A DNA stretch of 64,000 nucleotides from a virus. Taxonomy: Duplodnaviria; Caudoviricetes. Where the stretch lies: positions 815 to 64,814 of IMG/VR virus record IMGVR_UViG_3300033551_000003; one strand, 5' to 3'. Below are positions 1 to 11,074 of the stretch, piece by piece. How positions within the stretch are numbered: position 1 is the first letter of the stretch; the number at the start of each line of letters is the position of its first letter. Made by a program: the position numbers and the translations under genes. The notes under the pieces are model-generated. The model was given only the letters and a program-made list of their open reading frames with translations. It was not told where the DNA came from and did not search any database.

Positions 1-1991
1 TCTCTACGGGATTCCGGATCCCAGGTTGTAACTGCCTGTATTGCTGTAACTGGAACCTGACCCCAAACTCCACCCCCATCCTTAGCTCGGGGGTCCGTGA
101 AGACATTTAGATTAAATTTAACACTGTCCTTCTCGTCGTAGACACGATCCAACTGGGCATTTAGGCGCGCGTTGGCTTCATACTCTGGTGTGCCTGGCAT
201 CCAAGCGCCTCTTGCAGGTTTGGCTTGCCACAAACGTCTCGACTCATCCATTAATCGTGCTTCCTCCAACTCCAAATCTTTCAGTTTGGCCCGTAACTCT
301 CCTTCGGTTAACCCACCACCCGAGCTAGTCCACTGACCGCTATCGTCCCGGGGCTGGTCGGGATCATAACCGGCCTTCTCTACAGGCTCGTCCTCGTCGC
401 CCATCTCTTCGAGCAGGCGCTGTATCCTTAGCAACACCTCCAGGACCGGGTCGTCCTCCTCAACAGGCCCACCCCCGTTGTGGGCCTTCTTTATGGGTTG
501 CTTGCGTAGGTTGACCAAGGCATCAACACTCCGCTTCAGTAGCTTCTTGGCGTCTGCCTTCGTGACGGCCGCCACCACGCCTATGTTGTTAATCACCTCG
601 TCAATATACTGATTAGTGATATTCTCAGTACCACCCAGATTACCTGAGGCCTGGTCCACAATGGCAGCAATACCTTTTGAGATAGCATCCTTGACCTTCT
701 GGGACTTAGCAATGCTACTCAAGACGTTAACAACATCGTCAGTCCGGGACCAGTCCTTGTACTGGTTGGGTGCGCTACCCCCAGACACTCGTGGGACGCT
801 GCTCCCACTGCTAGCACCACCCCCACCCCCAGACTCCGACCACTGGCCGTCCTCGCCACGGGGTTGGTTGGGGTCGAAGCCTGCTTTGATAACCTGTATC
901 TGATTGCTGCTGTTAAATTTAGGCAGTGGGTTGGGCGTTGTGGGGATCTTAGCCCGCACAATGAATTCATGAAGGGTGTATTCCTTAAGCGTACCCTTCG
1001 CATCTATAGCTACAGTACGCTTGCGAGGGATGTACTTAACTGGTTCCAGGATTGTATTACGGGGTAGGATAATCTCGCTCTCCTCACTGGGCTCCACTTT
1101 ACCCGACACTGCCACCGAAGGGACAGAGTACTTGCCACCACGCGGTACCATAATCTTCAGCAGTATACCGTCCCTAACCTCGTCCGGGGCCTGCTTCATA
1201 ACTCCACCAGTAGCAAAATCCACCGCCACGTCCTTATCCAGTGACGCAGACATGTAGCTACGGTCGAGTATTTGCGCAGAGTTCTTAATATGATCCAGCA
1301 TATCCAAGTCAACACCCCGGAACAGCAGCATTGGCTTGTCAGTTGTTACGAACGACTTATCAATCGCCTTCACCATGCCGTCCTTACCTAAGGAACTGGA
1401 CACCCCGTACCTAAGGTAGTCGTTCACCGAGTCCGACCCTGCTATAGCATAGTCAGCTAGCTCCCCACGCTCTAGCGGGTCGAACCTAAGCATCTTGGAC
1501 CGGTACTCACTAGCCGCGTCCAGGAAGTCCCGGGCATTGGGTATCTCACGCAATAGAGCAATATCCCCGGGCTTAGGACTGACCTCTGGTAGCTCGATCC
1601 TGTTCTCTGGTAGGGAGACCCACACCTTGCGCGTTGGCTCCAGATAAGTCAGGTTCTCCAACTCGTCCTTAATGTCTAAATTGAGCTTGACCTGCTGGTT
1701 CCATTCTGCCAGCATACGCTTATGCTCAGGGTCGTTAATATCCGGGATGGCCTTCATACCGGCACTTAGTTCGTCTATACGAGCACGTATCTTGGGTTGG
1801 TCGGCAATAATCTGCCTGGCCCGGGCTAGTCCCTCGGGAGTCATGATCGTTGCGGCATCTATAGGTTTGCCAGGCTTATAGGAGCCCCCACCCCCAACGA
1901 CCCACTTACCGCCTTCATCACGTGGCTGCTCGGGATTGAAGCCTGCCTTATTGATCAACCCTTCAGGGAGCTTGAGAATCCCTACTGGCAT
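1..1991 (-). CDS. Multidomain (polyvalent-like) protein with a VIP2/Alt-type ADP-ribosyltransferase domain; 3' end runs off the window
   Basis: Manual translation from ATG at 1991 (MPVGILKLPEG...) stays open to the window edge. R-S-E ART motifs: LLFRGV, YMSASLD, EESEIILPRNT (~1050-1330). Three KAG[FY][ND]PxQPRxxxGxW motifs separate the domains. Absent from the ORF track because it is truncated. Confidence 0.8.
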   Translation of the reverse strand, partial: MPVGILKLPEGLINKAGFNPEQPRDEGGKWVVGGGGSYKPGKPIDAATIMTPEGLARARQIIADQPKIRARIDELSAGMKAIPDINDPEHKRMLAEWNQQVKLNLDIKDELENLTYLEPTRKVWVSLPENRIELPEVSPKPGDIALLREIPNARDFLDAASEYRSKMLRFDPLERGELADYAIAGSDSVNDYLRYGVSSSLGKDGMVKAIDKSFVTTDKPMLLFRGVDLDMLDHIKNSAQILDRSYMSASLDKDVAVDFATGGVMKQAPDEVRDGILLKIMVPRGGKYSVPSVAVSGKVEPSEESEIILPRNTILEPVKYIPRKRTVAIDAKGTLKEYTLHEFIVRAKIPTTPNPLPKFNSSNQIQVIKAGFDPNQPRGEDGQWSESGGGGGASSGSSVPRVSGGSAPNQYKDWSRTDDVVNVLSSIAKSQKVKDAISKGIAAIVDQASGNLGGTENITNQYIDEVINNIGVVAAVTKADAKKLLKRSVDALVNLRKQPIKKAHNGGGPVEEDDPVLEVLLRIQRLLEEMGDEDEPVEKAGYDPDQPRDDSGQWTSSGGGLTEGELRAKLKDLELEEARLMDESRRLWQAKPARGAWMPGTPEYEANARLNAQLDRVYDEKDSVKFNLNVFTDPRAKDGGGVWGQVPVTAIQAVTTWDPESRR

Positions 1992-2188
1992 GTTTGCAGC
2001 ACCCGCTCATGGTCGTCGGGTAGTCTACCCGTACCACCGCACACTGGGCAAGGCTTCTGCGCACGCCCAGTACCAGCTTCGTCGTCGGCACCATCATCTA
2101 TCCAGCTGGTGCCGCCGCAGCGCCAGCAGGTAGTCTCATTAGCCATACCCCATCTGCGCATTTTGCGTATCCTCTCCCCTAGCTTCAC
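1982..2188 (-). CDS. Small zinc-finger protein (CxxCxGxG, DnaJ-type repeats)
   Basis: CWRCGGT and CPVCGGTG motifs. Confidence 0.5.
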   Translation of the reverse strand: MKLGERIRKMRRWGMANETTCWRCGGTSWIDDGADDEAGTGRAQKPCPVCGGTGRLPDDHERVLQTCQ

Positions 2189-2363
2189 TAGTTGATGTCG
2201 CCGTTACCCTTGAACACTTCTGCTGCACGCACGATACTCGCAACTGCCTCCCGCAGCAAGGAGGACAGTTGCTCTACCTCACGGACAGTTGCCGGTGAGT
2301 CTGCCTGACGGCGCGAGAGACTACGCTCCAGCTTCCAGCATTCGTCCACAATCTCTCGCAGCG

Positions 2364-2975
2364 TCATTTCTTGCGTTCCTCCTCCAGATGGACTACCGCC
2401 GCAGCACTGTTCTGCCTTTGACGCTCACCTAGTTCTGCTCGCAGTTCTTCTAGCTTGACGACAGTTTTCTGGATGTCAGCCGCCAACGCAGGGCTGGGCT
2501 CCTGTCCCAGCCGCTTAGCAGTATCGGCCATCTCGCGCATGTAGATCAGCTTGGCCTCGACCGCCTCGAACAATGCTACGGTCACCTTGGTCAGGTTGGA
2601 GTTGACAAGCGTATGAACCTCCTTCAGATCGCCCTTCAACCCATCAATCTTTCCAGCCAACTCTGACCTTGCAAGGACTGTCGTGTCGTTTGTTTCCTTG
2701 GCGACCTGTGCGACCTTGTCGTTCGATGCCAGCAGAAGCTCCGCAGCCTCGGAGGTCTTGTCAACCATGTCCTGCTGCTGAGCACCGAGCTTGGCGGCCG
2801 CGTCCCTTGCTTCCTTCTGACTCACTCTGAGTCGCTCGGCGACTAGGTCCTCGCGAGCACGGTCCTCCCGCTTGTCCATCCTGCGGCTGCGCTCCATGAG
2901 CAGCGGAGCGACGAACGACGTGAGCGCTGTCGGAATAGCCACGATCAGCGCCACCCACATTGCCTCGGAGATCAT
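2364..2975 (-). CDS. Membrane-anchored coiled-coil protein
   Basis: N-terminal hydrophobic helix (MWVALIVAIPTALTSFVAPLL) then coiled coil; likely ATG at 2975 overlaps the upstream stop (ATGA). Confidence 0.55.
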   Translation of the reverse strand: MISEAMWVALIVAIPTALTSFVAPLLMERSRRMDKREDRAREDLVAERLRVSQKEARDAAAKLGAQQQDMVDKTSEAAELLLASNDKVAQVAKETNDTTVLARSELAGKIDGLKGDLKEVHTLVNSNLTKVTVALFEAVEAKLIYMREMADTAKRLGQEPSPALAADIQKTVVKLEELRAELGERQRQNSAAAVVHLEEERKK

Positions 2976-3784
2976 CACACGCTCCACGATGTTGGATAGC
3001 CCCACCAGCGATAGCTTGGTGACCACTCGAAGCTGCGGTTGAGCAGCATGGCCCACCACGGCGTACGGAGGTTTAGGCCACCAGCCACCCAGATGGGCTG
3101 CGATCTGAAGTCATATGCGCAGTTGGTTATGCGAATATTGGCATAGGTGCCAGGGCTTCCATTGACACCTATGCAGGAGCCTTCGTTGCCGAAGAACTTG
3201 CATCTGTCTACCAAGACGTTCCTGATAGCCTGCTCGGGAAGATCACACTCCATGTCAATACCATCACCGGGAGGCGTTCCACCCGTATTGGAAAATACAC
3301 AATTCGAAACCAGTAAACCCTCGACCGCAATTGCGCTCAAGCCTTGACGACGGTTGCCATCGGAGATCACGCTATCGATCACCACGTTGGTTGCCTCTTG
3401 GACGTAGAGCCCGTCCGCGAAGCAGCGTGACACATGGGTTCCGAATACCTTGATTGTATGCGCCTTGCGAATATCGATGCCGTGTCCGAATCCACCAACG
3501 TCCCACTTTGTGGACGCCAGGTGCGTGTCGCGCTCTCCTATAATCCTGCCACCGATAATGCTGACGTTATCAACGTCCCAGAGCTTGAAGATACGATAGC
3601 CGAGTTCTGCAGTAGGCAGCGCCCTGACAGTGGCGTCCGTCAGGTCCAGGGTGATGCCCGACTTGAGGGTTATGCCACTGTTGGCGTTGTCATTGGTGAC
3701 GTTGACGTCATACGTCCCAGCTGGGACCTTGACAGTGTCGCCAACTCTGGCGGCGTCGATCATTGCTTGAATAGTCATGTTCAT
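2975..3784 (-). CDS. Right-handed parallel beta-helix (pectate lyase-like) protein, possible depolymerase
   Basis: IQAMIDAA..GDTVKVPAGTY start; repeated beta-helix rungs (DGLYV, GNRRQGLS, PGDGIDME). Confidence 0.8.
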   Translation of the reverse strand: MNMTIQAMIDAARVGDTVKVPAGTYDVNVTNDNANSGITLKSGITLDLTDATVRALPTAELGYRIFKLWDVDNVSIIGGRIIGERDTHLASTKWDVGGFGHGIDIRKAHTIKVFGTHVSRCFADGLYVQEATNVVIDSVISDGNRRQGLSAIAVEGLLVSNCVFSNTGGTPPGDGIDMECDLPEQAIRNVLVDRCKFFGNEGSCIGVNGSPGTYANIRITNCAYDFRSQPIWVAGGLNLRTPWWAMLLNRSFEWSPSYRWWGYPTSWSV

Positions 3785-4145
3785 TCACCCGTTGTGTTTG
3801 ATCGACGCCACCAGCGCTCTGCAAACTACCGCAGTTCTTCGATGGCGTAGTCAGCAGTATTCACCGTACACTTGTTGGCACCCAACCCGAGCCCCAACAA
3901 GCTAGCGATCAGTAGGATCTTAAGCATAAGTAGCCTCCTTTCACTTCGTCTTGTCGCAAATGATGCAGACACTGTAAGGTGTCGCATCAGAGACCGGCGT
4001 GTCCTTCCGTATAGCAGGATACACCGCCCGCCATTCGTGGCCGAGCAGCCAGCACCACCTAGCGCGATCGAAGAAGGCCCTACGCGGTGGTAGTTCCTTC
4101 ATATCACGCCTGTGACGCCTTATCCGCTCTTGCCACTTGTCCATG

Positions 4146-4457
4146 CTATTTAACCGGTACGACCCCGTATTCCGCTGGGTCCATCGCAACCTCCTTGATC
4201 TCGGGCGCTGCGTTGGGGCGGACCTCGATTGTGACGCCGGTCTGCGACCCAGCCTGCTGGGTAACAGCCTTGCCTCTATTCGAAATCCAGTCCAGTGCTG
4301 CCGACCCTAGCATGGGAACTAGCACAACCAGCGTTTCGGTCACAGGACCAGCTAGCTCAACCGGCATGTAGTTCCTGGCAACCAACCAAGCGATCGCGGA
4401 CGGGAGCACAACCCGCATCACGCCCGCGATCTGGTTGGATAGGATAGTGTTGTTCAT
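4146..4457 (-). CDS. Putative holin-like small membrane protein
   Basis: 103 aa with two hydrophobic segments and a hydrophilic C-terminus. Confidence 0.45.
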   Translation of the reverse strand: MNNTILSNQIAGVMRVVLPSAIAWLVARNYMPVELAGPVTETLVVLVPMLGSAALDWISNRGKAVTQQAGSQTGVTIEVRPNAAPEIKEVAMDPAEYGVVPVK

Positions 4458-4874
4458 GCCCGAACAACCTTGAAGCCTCGTGCCACGATGCGGTCGACGA
4501 CATCGGACGCGCCGCGCGCAGTCAGTCTCTCGGTGCGGCTTCCCGATATGCCCTCAACTCCTACGTCGGCCCCGGTCAGGGCTTCGACAACGGACTTGCG
4601 CAGCGCCACCAGTTCAGTCTCGGTAGGGGCTCCATTGCTCATTTTACACTCCTGTTGGTTGGTCTTCGCTTCTGCTTCCTTAAGTCCACGGCCGCATCCC
4701 TGAACATTCTAGCACATGACCACACCCAGTCGTAGTCAGCACCATTTGCAGCACACAGGTCACTAGCTATGCGCTCACAGTCCAAGGCCGCCGTCTCCAT
4801 AGCATCATTCCAAGTCTTATCGACCAGTGATAGCGTACCGTCCAGTTTAGAGTTTACGACCTGCATTACGTAGT

Positions 4875-5198
4875 CTAAGTCCTGAGGCTGTCCGGCACCT
4901 TCCCCCCACTCTCGGCAAGCTTGGTCATGACCTGCTTGTGAAGCCAGATGTTCATTTCCGCAGACCCGTCCAGGTCACCGCTGTAGCCTAGCTCCTTAGC
5001 GAGCTCCTTGCGGGCCGACAGGCTGCTGTCGAGCTTGAGAACCTTCATCAAGTCGACGATAGACTGCCTCCAGTTGAGATTCTCGTCTTGGTCGTCGGCT
5101 AGGTCCTTGATCTTCGCCTCAACCTCACTCCTGGTGATGGGAGTAGGTTTCGACAACGTTCCGAAGATTGCACGTACGATATCGCCTAGGATGCTCAT
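4875..5198 (-). CDS. DUF3597-family protein
   Basis: LNWRQSIVDLMKVLKLDSSLSARKELAKELGYSGD..SAEMNIWLHKQVMTKLAESGGKVP matches the recalled DUF3597 signature. Confidence 0.8.
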   Translation of the reverse strand: MSILGDIVRAIFGTLSKPTPITRSEVEAKIKDLADDQDENLNWRQSIVDLMKVLKLDSSLSARKELAKELGYSGDLDGSAEMNIWLHKQVMTKLAESGGKVPDSLRT

Positions 5199-5577
5199 CT
5201 TAGGTCCCTTATCATGTCATGCGAAGAACCACACGCTGACGAGAACAACCGCCGTCAAACCGACGCCCCACATCATGCCTTTGATGAAGGCAACAGTCTC
5301 GGGTGGTTCAGGGCCACTGCCATGCGGTCCTTCCATCACTCAGACTCCCTTACCCTCCTTGTAGTGCGTAGCCTCACGCACATCGGCAGCTTCACCAGCC
5401 GCTATCGCGTTCTTGATTATCTTGCGCAGTATGGCCTGCCCATCGGGGGATCTCAGTTGACGCATCGCCACGCTCTGCTCGTCGACGAACGGGATGTCTG
5501 GCAGTAGCCGCACCAAGCCATGCGCATCACGCATCGCGGATTCGAAAGCTGCGTTGAGAAAGTGTTCGCTTGCCATC

Positions 5578-5781
5578 TCACGTACCCTTGCCTTCTGCCT
5601 TTTCCTTCGCCGCAGCCTCTGCCGCCCGCCGCACATCCTCGGCGGCCTGCAAGGCGTCCTGCACGACACCGACCAGCTTGTCGTCGGGGATGTACTTGCT
5701 TGCTGGCTGACCGAATACGTGGATTTCGGCAAGCGCCGCCTTTGCGACAGCCACGGCAGCGTCGAGTTCTTTCTGGGTCAT
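5578..5781 (-). CDS. Hypothetical protein
   Basis: ORF coupled to neighbours (overlapping start/stop). Confidence 0.5.
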   Translation of the reverse strand: MTQKELDAAVAVAKAALAEIHVFGQPASKYIPDDKLVGVVQDALQAAEDVRRAAEAAAKEKAEGKGT

Positions 5782-6080
5782 AGGATCAGCGCTCTTCCCG
5801 CATTATGTTGGGTGGACGCGGCGACGGTCCAGGTAAGGGGCAGCACGACTCCTGATCTGCCATAAAAGCTAGGCCCGCGTAATTTTGGGCCACCTCCTGC
5901 CAGGAGGGTTATGACCGCGATAACGACCAGGAGTAGGATGACAAACCAGATGCCCTTTTCGAGCTTGTCGGGGATCTGGTAGACGAAGGTATTGAACCCG
6001 TAGAGCACGAGGTAGACGACGCCACATAGGATTATGACGCCGATCAGTAGCCACAGTACGTCAATGGCGAGAGCTAGCAT
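5778..6080 (-). CDS. Small two-TM membrane protein
   Basis: Two long hydrophobic stretches; GGAGG RBS upstream. Confidence 0.6.
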   Translation of the reverse strand: MLALAIDVLWLLIGVIILCGVVYLVLYGFNTFVYQIPDKLEKGIWFVILLLVVIAVITLLAGGGPKLRGPSFYGRSGVVLPLTWTVAASTQHNAGRALIL

Positions 6081-6185
6081 AGCGAACCTCCCTTATCCCT
6101 TAAAAGGGTGTGTCTAATCGACTACTACTGGGAAACCCAGTGGCTAGCTACTACCCTCTACAGATTGCTTGCCTTAAATCACGTC

Positions 6186-6467
6186 TTACGCTGCCAGGCC
6201 CACAGGGACCATCTTGGCGTAGCCTGCTTCCACCAGGGCGGCGATGCTTTCCAACACTTCGGAAGGGGTCATCTTACGCTTCCAGGTGAAGCGCTTCTCA
6301 CGTCGCCCAACCTCGAGCAGGATCTCAAGTACAGACTGGGGTTTGTTGAAGGACAACGTACAGCCTATCAGGCCGTGGGTCCTCCAGATCTTATCCACCT
6401 TAGCTCCCCGCGTCTCAGGCACCCGGCGTAGGAACTGCCGGTCTAGTACCGGTACGTTGGCACTCAT
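6186..6467 (-). CDS. Hypothetical protein
   Basis: ORF with AAGGA RBS in the minus-strand gene run. Confidence 0.5.
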   Translation of the reverse strand: MSANVPVLDRQFLRRVPETRGAKVDKIWRTHGLIGCTLSFNKPQSVLEILLEVGRREKRFTWKRKMTPSEVLESIAALVEAGYAKMVPVGLAA

Positions 6468-6734
6468 GATCTAGTCCTTTCATGATGTGTTTCACTCTAC
6501 CTGCACAACTCTCCTTTGCTGGTGGGTTGTAAACCTAATCCTGAACGCCATCGTCGACCTCACCGTCCTCCAGCAACGCCTCCTTAGCAGCTGCTAGAGC
6601 AATCCTTCTAATCAACCTATGACCCAGTATCCTACCCAGGCGTGGAGGTGGTGTCATCTGGGAGGATATACCAGTATTCACCCGTAGGCGGGTTAGGCGT
6701 TTTATGACTCTCTCGACAACCTCGTCAGACGGCC

Positions 6735-8531
6735 TCACTTTAGTGCCTTTCCATCTACAAAGACCTTGGGCCCCATCCCCACCATAACGAAGTCACTGGC
6801 CCTGGGCATGGGCCAGTAGGCCATCACAATAGCGTCAGCTAGGTTAGGGCTCCGGGTGCCATCAGGGGACTTATCAACAACTAGCTTCAGGCGCGAGCCT
6901 GTGCTAGCAGTGGCCTGGCACAGTTCCTTAATCACCTTATGTAGCAAAGGTAGGCGACTGTCGATGGAAAAGATGTCATCAGGGTCTGCTGATATCTTGG
7001 TTATTACCCCATTGGCATCAGGGATGCCAACTACAGCTTGGTAGGTTCGTAGTACACGCCCGCGCAAGGCCCACCAGGCTTGTGCCTTCAAGTTGGCGAA
7101 GAAATCCTTATTACGCACTGAGTCCCGATCATCAGCGTTAACCCGCTCCGCAGCATGTAGTACCTTGCCCCCAGCATTCCAGGGTACTACACGTAGCTTG
7201 TCAGGTAGGAGGTTATCATCCTTAAGGCGATTGACCTCACTCTTCACATTGGAGCCTATGGCGACAGCGTCATACTGAAGCTCAGGCACCTTCTGCGCTA
7301 CGCAATTAGCAATAGCCTTGCGCGCCGTCACACCAGGATCCCTTGCCACCCATTCATCAGCGAAGGTCAGTACCACACCGGAGCGAACCACCTGGGCGTT
7401 ACGATCACCATCCTCGCTGTCACCTATGTCTAGTCCCGAAATACGGTTCTGTCCAACATCAAAGCCAAGCTTAAGATGAGCATCAATGCAAGCATCCAAC
7501 CACTCCTTGGGTAGTATTGTACCGGTTAGCGAAGCAGCATAGTTACGCTCAATCTCCTGTGCGTAAATATGTGGCGTACCCTGGCTGAGGTGGTAGGCCT
7601 TCTTCTCCCTATGCCACTCCTCGCCAAACTCTGGGTGCTCATGGGAATCCATGACAAAGATACGGGTAATGCCCCTGGGTATCTGTGCGCCAGGGTACCA
7701 GTCCTGCCCTACCTCACGCTTCCTATGGAACAGATTACCCAGCCCATTCACCGAGGAGATGTCTATGGGCACCTTGGTGGTCTCGGACAGGGAGGCTTCA
7801 ATCAGTTCAGGGCGCTGATAGTGTGCGCTCTCGTCCTTGAAGAACAAACGTGTACGACCACCACGGCCGATCTTATCACCAACCTCACCCACAATAGAGG
7901 AACCAGTAGCCCGGTTATAGCACACGTACTGCTTGATGTCACTGTCGGTTAGGCCCTGTGGCTTAAATATCTCAGGCAGGCGATCAATCAATCCTCGTAT
8001 CTTGAAGAATATACTCTTAGGGTTGCCAATCTGATCCACCGAGTCCGCATCCTGGGATCCCCAACCTATAGCAACACCAGGGTAGAACAGCCATAGCCAG
8101 ACACTGATACAGACACACACCCATGTGGCCCCCATGGTGCGGCACTTCTCGACCAGGCCTGGCTGGTCCGTCTCCAGGCAGTCCTGCACGAAGTGTACAA
8201 GCTCCTCCTGGCGCTTAAAGAGTATAAACGGCATCCACACGGGCTTGGTGGTGCCAGCGTTACGGGGATCATGCGTATCGCACCAGTGGTTAATAAACGA
8301 CACACAGTCCTGCGCGTAGTAGGCCTTGGCCGCAGGTATCAGATGTGGATTAGTCTCCAGCGTAGCCAGCTGCCCCCTACGCCACAGCAACGCATCATCG
8401 TAGTTGGGAGGCCACTCATGGTTAGCCAGGGTACGGGGTGCACGTAAGGCCGAGTTCCGGGCCGAGCGCTGTAGCCGTTCAATACGGACAGCCGCAATCG
8501 CATCAGATACATCAACTGGCGCAGGCAGCAT
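6735..8531 (-). CDS. terL: Terminase large subunit
   Basis: Walker A-like EKCRTMGATW, Walker B FFKDESAH, ISS coupling motif, RNase H-fold GLDIG...D and SPNLADA. Confidence 0.92.
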   Translation of the reverse strand: MLPAPVDVSDAIAAVRIERLQRSARNSALRAPRTLANHEWPPNYDDALLWRRGQLATLETNPHLIPAAKAYYAQDCVSFINHWCDTHDPRNAGTTKPVWMPFILFKRQEELVHFVQDCLETDQPGLVEKCRTMGATWVCVCISVWLWLFYPGVAIGWGSQDADSVDQIGNPKSIFFKIRGLIDRLPEIFKPQGLTDSDIKQYVCYNRATGSSIVGEVGDKIGRGGRTRLFFKDESAHYQRPELIEASLSETTKVPIDISSVNGLGNLFHRKREVGQDWYPGAQIPRGITRIFVMDSHEHPEFGEEWHREKKAYHLSQGTPHIYAQEIERNYAASLTGTILPKEWLDACIDAHLKLGFDVGQNRISGLDIGDSEDGDRNAQVVRSGVVLTFADEWVARDPGVTARKAIANCVAQKVPELQYDAVAIGSNVKSEVNRLKDDNLLPDKLRVVPWNAGGKVLHAAERVNADDRDSVRNKDFFANLKAQAWWALRGRVLRTYQAVVGIPDANGVITKISADPDDIFSIDSRLPLLHKVIKELCQATASTGSRLKLVVDKSPDGTRSPNLADAIVMAYWPMPRASDFVMVGMGPKVFVDGKALK

Positions 8532-8792
8532 CAGCGCTCTACGGTTCTAGTATTGGACCGACAGTTGGCAGAGTACCAGGCCGTAGCCTGTCGCTTGAAT
8601 ACCTTCTGGGAAGGGGTCAGGGATACATTCGCGTATTGTACAGCCAGCTGCTCGAGTTGGGTACAACGTGAATCACGGGCCTGGGCTGGTAGCGACTGTA
8701 AGAATAGCAACAACATCACCAGGATGAGGATGATTATCCAGGTCAGGTAGCCCACTTCCGCCAGGTATCTTAATACGTCAAACTTTGCCATA

Positions 8793-9278
8793 TCAGTGCC
8801 TGGTTCCATCCTTGGGATCAGGGCTCTCGAGCAGGGCAGCATAGGAATTAGCATCAGCCTCCAGTACCGGGGTGCCTGCAGTCAGTAGTCCAGCAGCCAC
8901 CTGGGAGTAGAGGGATTCGAGCAAGGCCAGCTGCTCCTCTGTTGCACCCTTCAGCACAGCAGTGGGTAGGGCCATGATCTTTATAGGTCCATCAGCAGGA
9001 CCAGTCAGCTGGGTAGGCATGCACTTCTCAATCAAGCGCACCATGAGGCCAGTGTCCTCACCAGCAATCTTCAGGAAGTATCCTACAGCACCCATGTAGC
9101 CCTTGCCATCCTTCCCAAAGATATGGATGGCTTCCTCAATGGCAGCACGTAATCCAGCACTCCACCTATTCGGAGTACCCTTCTTGCGACCACCACGCTT
9201 CTTGTGGTTCTTTCTGTACTGCCCAGCATGCGTCTTTGTACGAGGCTTCCAGGGTTTGGTGATTCTTCTCGCAACCAT
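8793..9278 (-). CDS. terS: Terminase small subunit (putative)
   Basis: GGRKKGTPN motif and QLTGPADGPI tail typical of TerS; just upstream of terL. Confidence 0.7.
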   Translation of the reverse strand: MVARRITKPWKPRTKTHAGQYRKNHKKRGGRKKGTPNRWSAGLRAAIEEAIHIFGKDGKGYMGAVGYFLKIAGEDTGLMVRLIEKCMPTQLTGPADGPIKIMALPTAVLKGATEEQLALLESLYSQVAAGLLTAGTPVLEADANSYAALLESPDPKDGTRH

Positions 9279-9572
9279 GTTGGTTCTGTTACTCTCAATT
9301 CTTCACTAGGATGGTGGCATATATAACGAATAATAACAGGGTCGTATAGCCACAATATCAGTTTAATTTAGACATAAAAACAATTAGACAAAAAATCAAA
9401 GAATGCTAAAATCACGACCAGCAATTTTGCCTAGAGCGCGGCACGCATCATCTAGTTCTTTCTCGGTGTATCCAAGCCGATTAAGCGCACGCATAGCAGT
9501 CTCATGATAGCTCTTGCTTTCCAGGGTTTCGATGTAGTCAATCAAGGCATCAGCCTGTTCACTAGTTAGCAT

Positions 9573-10001
9573 CTAACTCTCCACAGTCCACGTCTTCACA
9601 ACCTGGGCAGGCTGGGGCTTGATGATCTCACCCTTGATAATCAGGGTACCGACCGTATACTCGATACCACGCCTATCAATACTATCCAGGAACACCTTGT
9701 CTACCTGATCGGCATAGTTCTCATTCAGGTAGGCTGGAAGGCGGTGTTCCTCGATGACATCCAGGCTGACCTCACCATCCTCAGAGAAGTCAAATACAAA
9801 CACCTGTGGGCCACGAGACATTTCAATCCTCCTCGTCAATTTCCTCACCAGATATGACCGAGCCGTCCGTGCGATTTGCTCGTCCGTCATGCAGGAGATA
9901 CCAAATTCGCTCTCGGCCAACTGCTTCTCGGTAATGAGACAGCGCTCGCAGACGTGAGTCAGCGGCGAAAATTGGTGTCTCGGCGGTTCACTCATCGGCA
10001 T
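9573..10001 (-). CDS. Hypothetical protein
   Basis: 142-aa ORF with AGGAG RBS. Confidence 0.5.
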   Translation of the reverse strand: MPMSEPPRHQFSPLTHVCERCLITEKQLAESEFGISCMTDEQIARTARSYLVRKLTRRIEMSRGPQVFVFDFSEDGEVSLDVIEEHRLPAYLNENYADQVDKVFLDSIDRRGIEYTVGTLIIKGEIIKPQPAQVVKTWTVES

Positions 10002-10185
10002 GACTCCTACGCATGATATCCTTGCCGCTACAGTACTCCGCTGCCAATTGTAGCAGCCGGTTTATCACCCGCTGGTCCCGGGGCTCAAACCTGGTGGCCG
10101 CCGCGCGCAGGAACAGATCAATATCCTGCTTCAGGTGACTCATCTCCATCAGTTCTTCCTTAGTCATTATCATCACTCCCTGTTA

Positions 10186-11070
10186 GAGTACGCTGGTGGT
10201 TATTGGGTTGCTAATTTGTAGTGGCACGCTAACTGGTCCTGGGTTACTATGCTTTAACGGCACGCTGACTTGTCTTGGATTTGGTTAATGGCATGTTGGC
10301 ACGCTTCCTTTCATTGGGTTTCCAATACGTGATGGCGCGCTAGACTTCTCTTGGATTACTGCTTGGAGTTGGCGCGCTGATTTGATCTGGGTTGCTCTTA
10401 CGCGATGGCACACTTGCCTTCTTTGGGTTGCTGTTGGCCGTTGGTACGCTAGTGAGTTCCGGGCTGCTTCTCCTCAACGACACACTACAAGCCTTTGGGT
10501 TATTGGGAGGGTATGGCACACTACGCGGTGTTGGGCTTCTCCTAGCTTTTGGCACACTGATAGTCCTCGGATTGCTAGCTTAGAGTTGGCACACTCGACG
10601 ATATTGGTTTCCTGCCTTTCAGTGGCACGCTGTACAACGTTGGGTTACTGGGCGGGTCTGGCACACTGGATTCTTGTGGATTGAACATCTTCGGCTTCGG
10701 CGCGCTGACTTGTCCTGGATTACTAGAGTTGCCTCTGACACACTGACCTGTCCCGGGTTACTTCTTCAAGAAGGCACGCTCCTTCATAGTGGGCTACTGT
10801 CACATACTGGCCCGCTAGCTTGGTCTGGGCTGCTTGAGGCGACTTGACACGCTCTTTTGTCCTGGGTTGCTGGTTACCAATAGCACGCTACGGCTCTTTG
10901 TACTCCATTCGATGCATTGGCGCGCTGTCCCTAATGGATTACTTGGCTTGTGTGGCTCACTAAACCTCCATGGGTTACTCGCGCTGGTGTGGCACACTAG
11001 TTGCTTTGGGTTTCCTGAGGTTTTGTGGCACGCTTACCCCTCAATGGGTTGCTTACACGGATTGGCTCGG
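10186..11070 (-). ncRNA. TIGR array 1a (~24 units of ~36 nt)
   Basis: On the minus strand AGYGYGCCA and AGYAACCCA repeats alternate, separated by ~9-nt variable spacers; GGCACGCT-type motif recurs at 10223, 10259, 10298, 10334, 10371... to 11027. Confidence 0.88.
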
Positions 11071-11074
11071 GCCG

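Noticed and set aside
616-1881. Plus-strand ORFs in 0.6-1.9 kb
   Set aside because: Antisense to the long minus-strand ART polyprotein
10700-10760. TIGR spacers GGACAGGTC/GGACAAGTC resembling hammerhead 3' ends (AGACAGGTC), suggesting self-targeting
   Set aside because: An 8/9 match of one spacer is expected by chance and I could not find a matching partner spacer; needs a computational paired search
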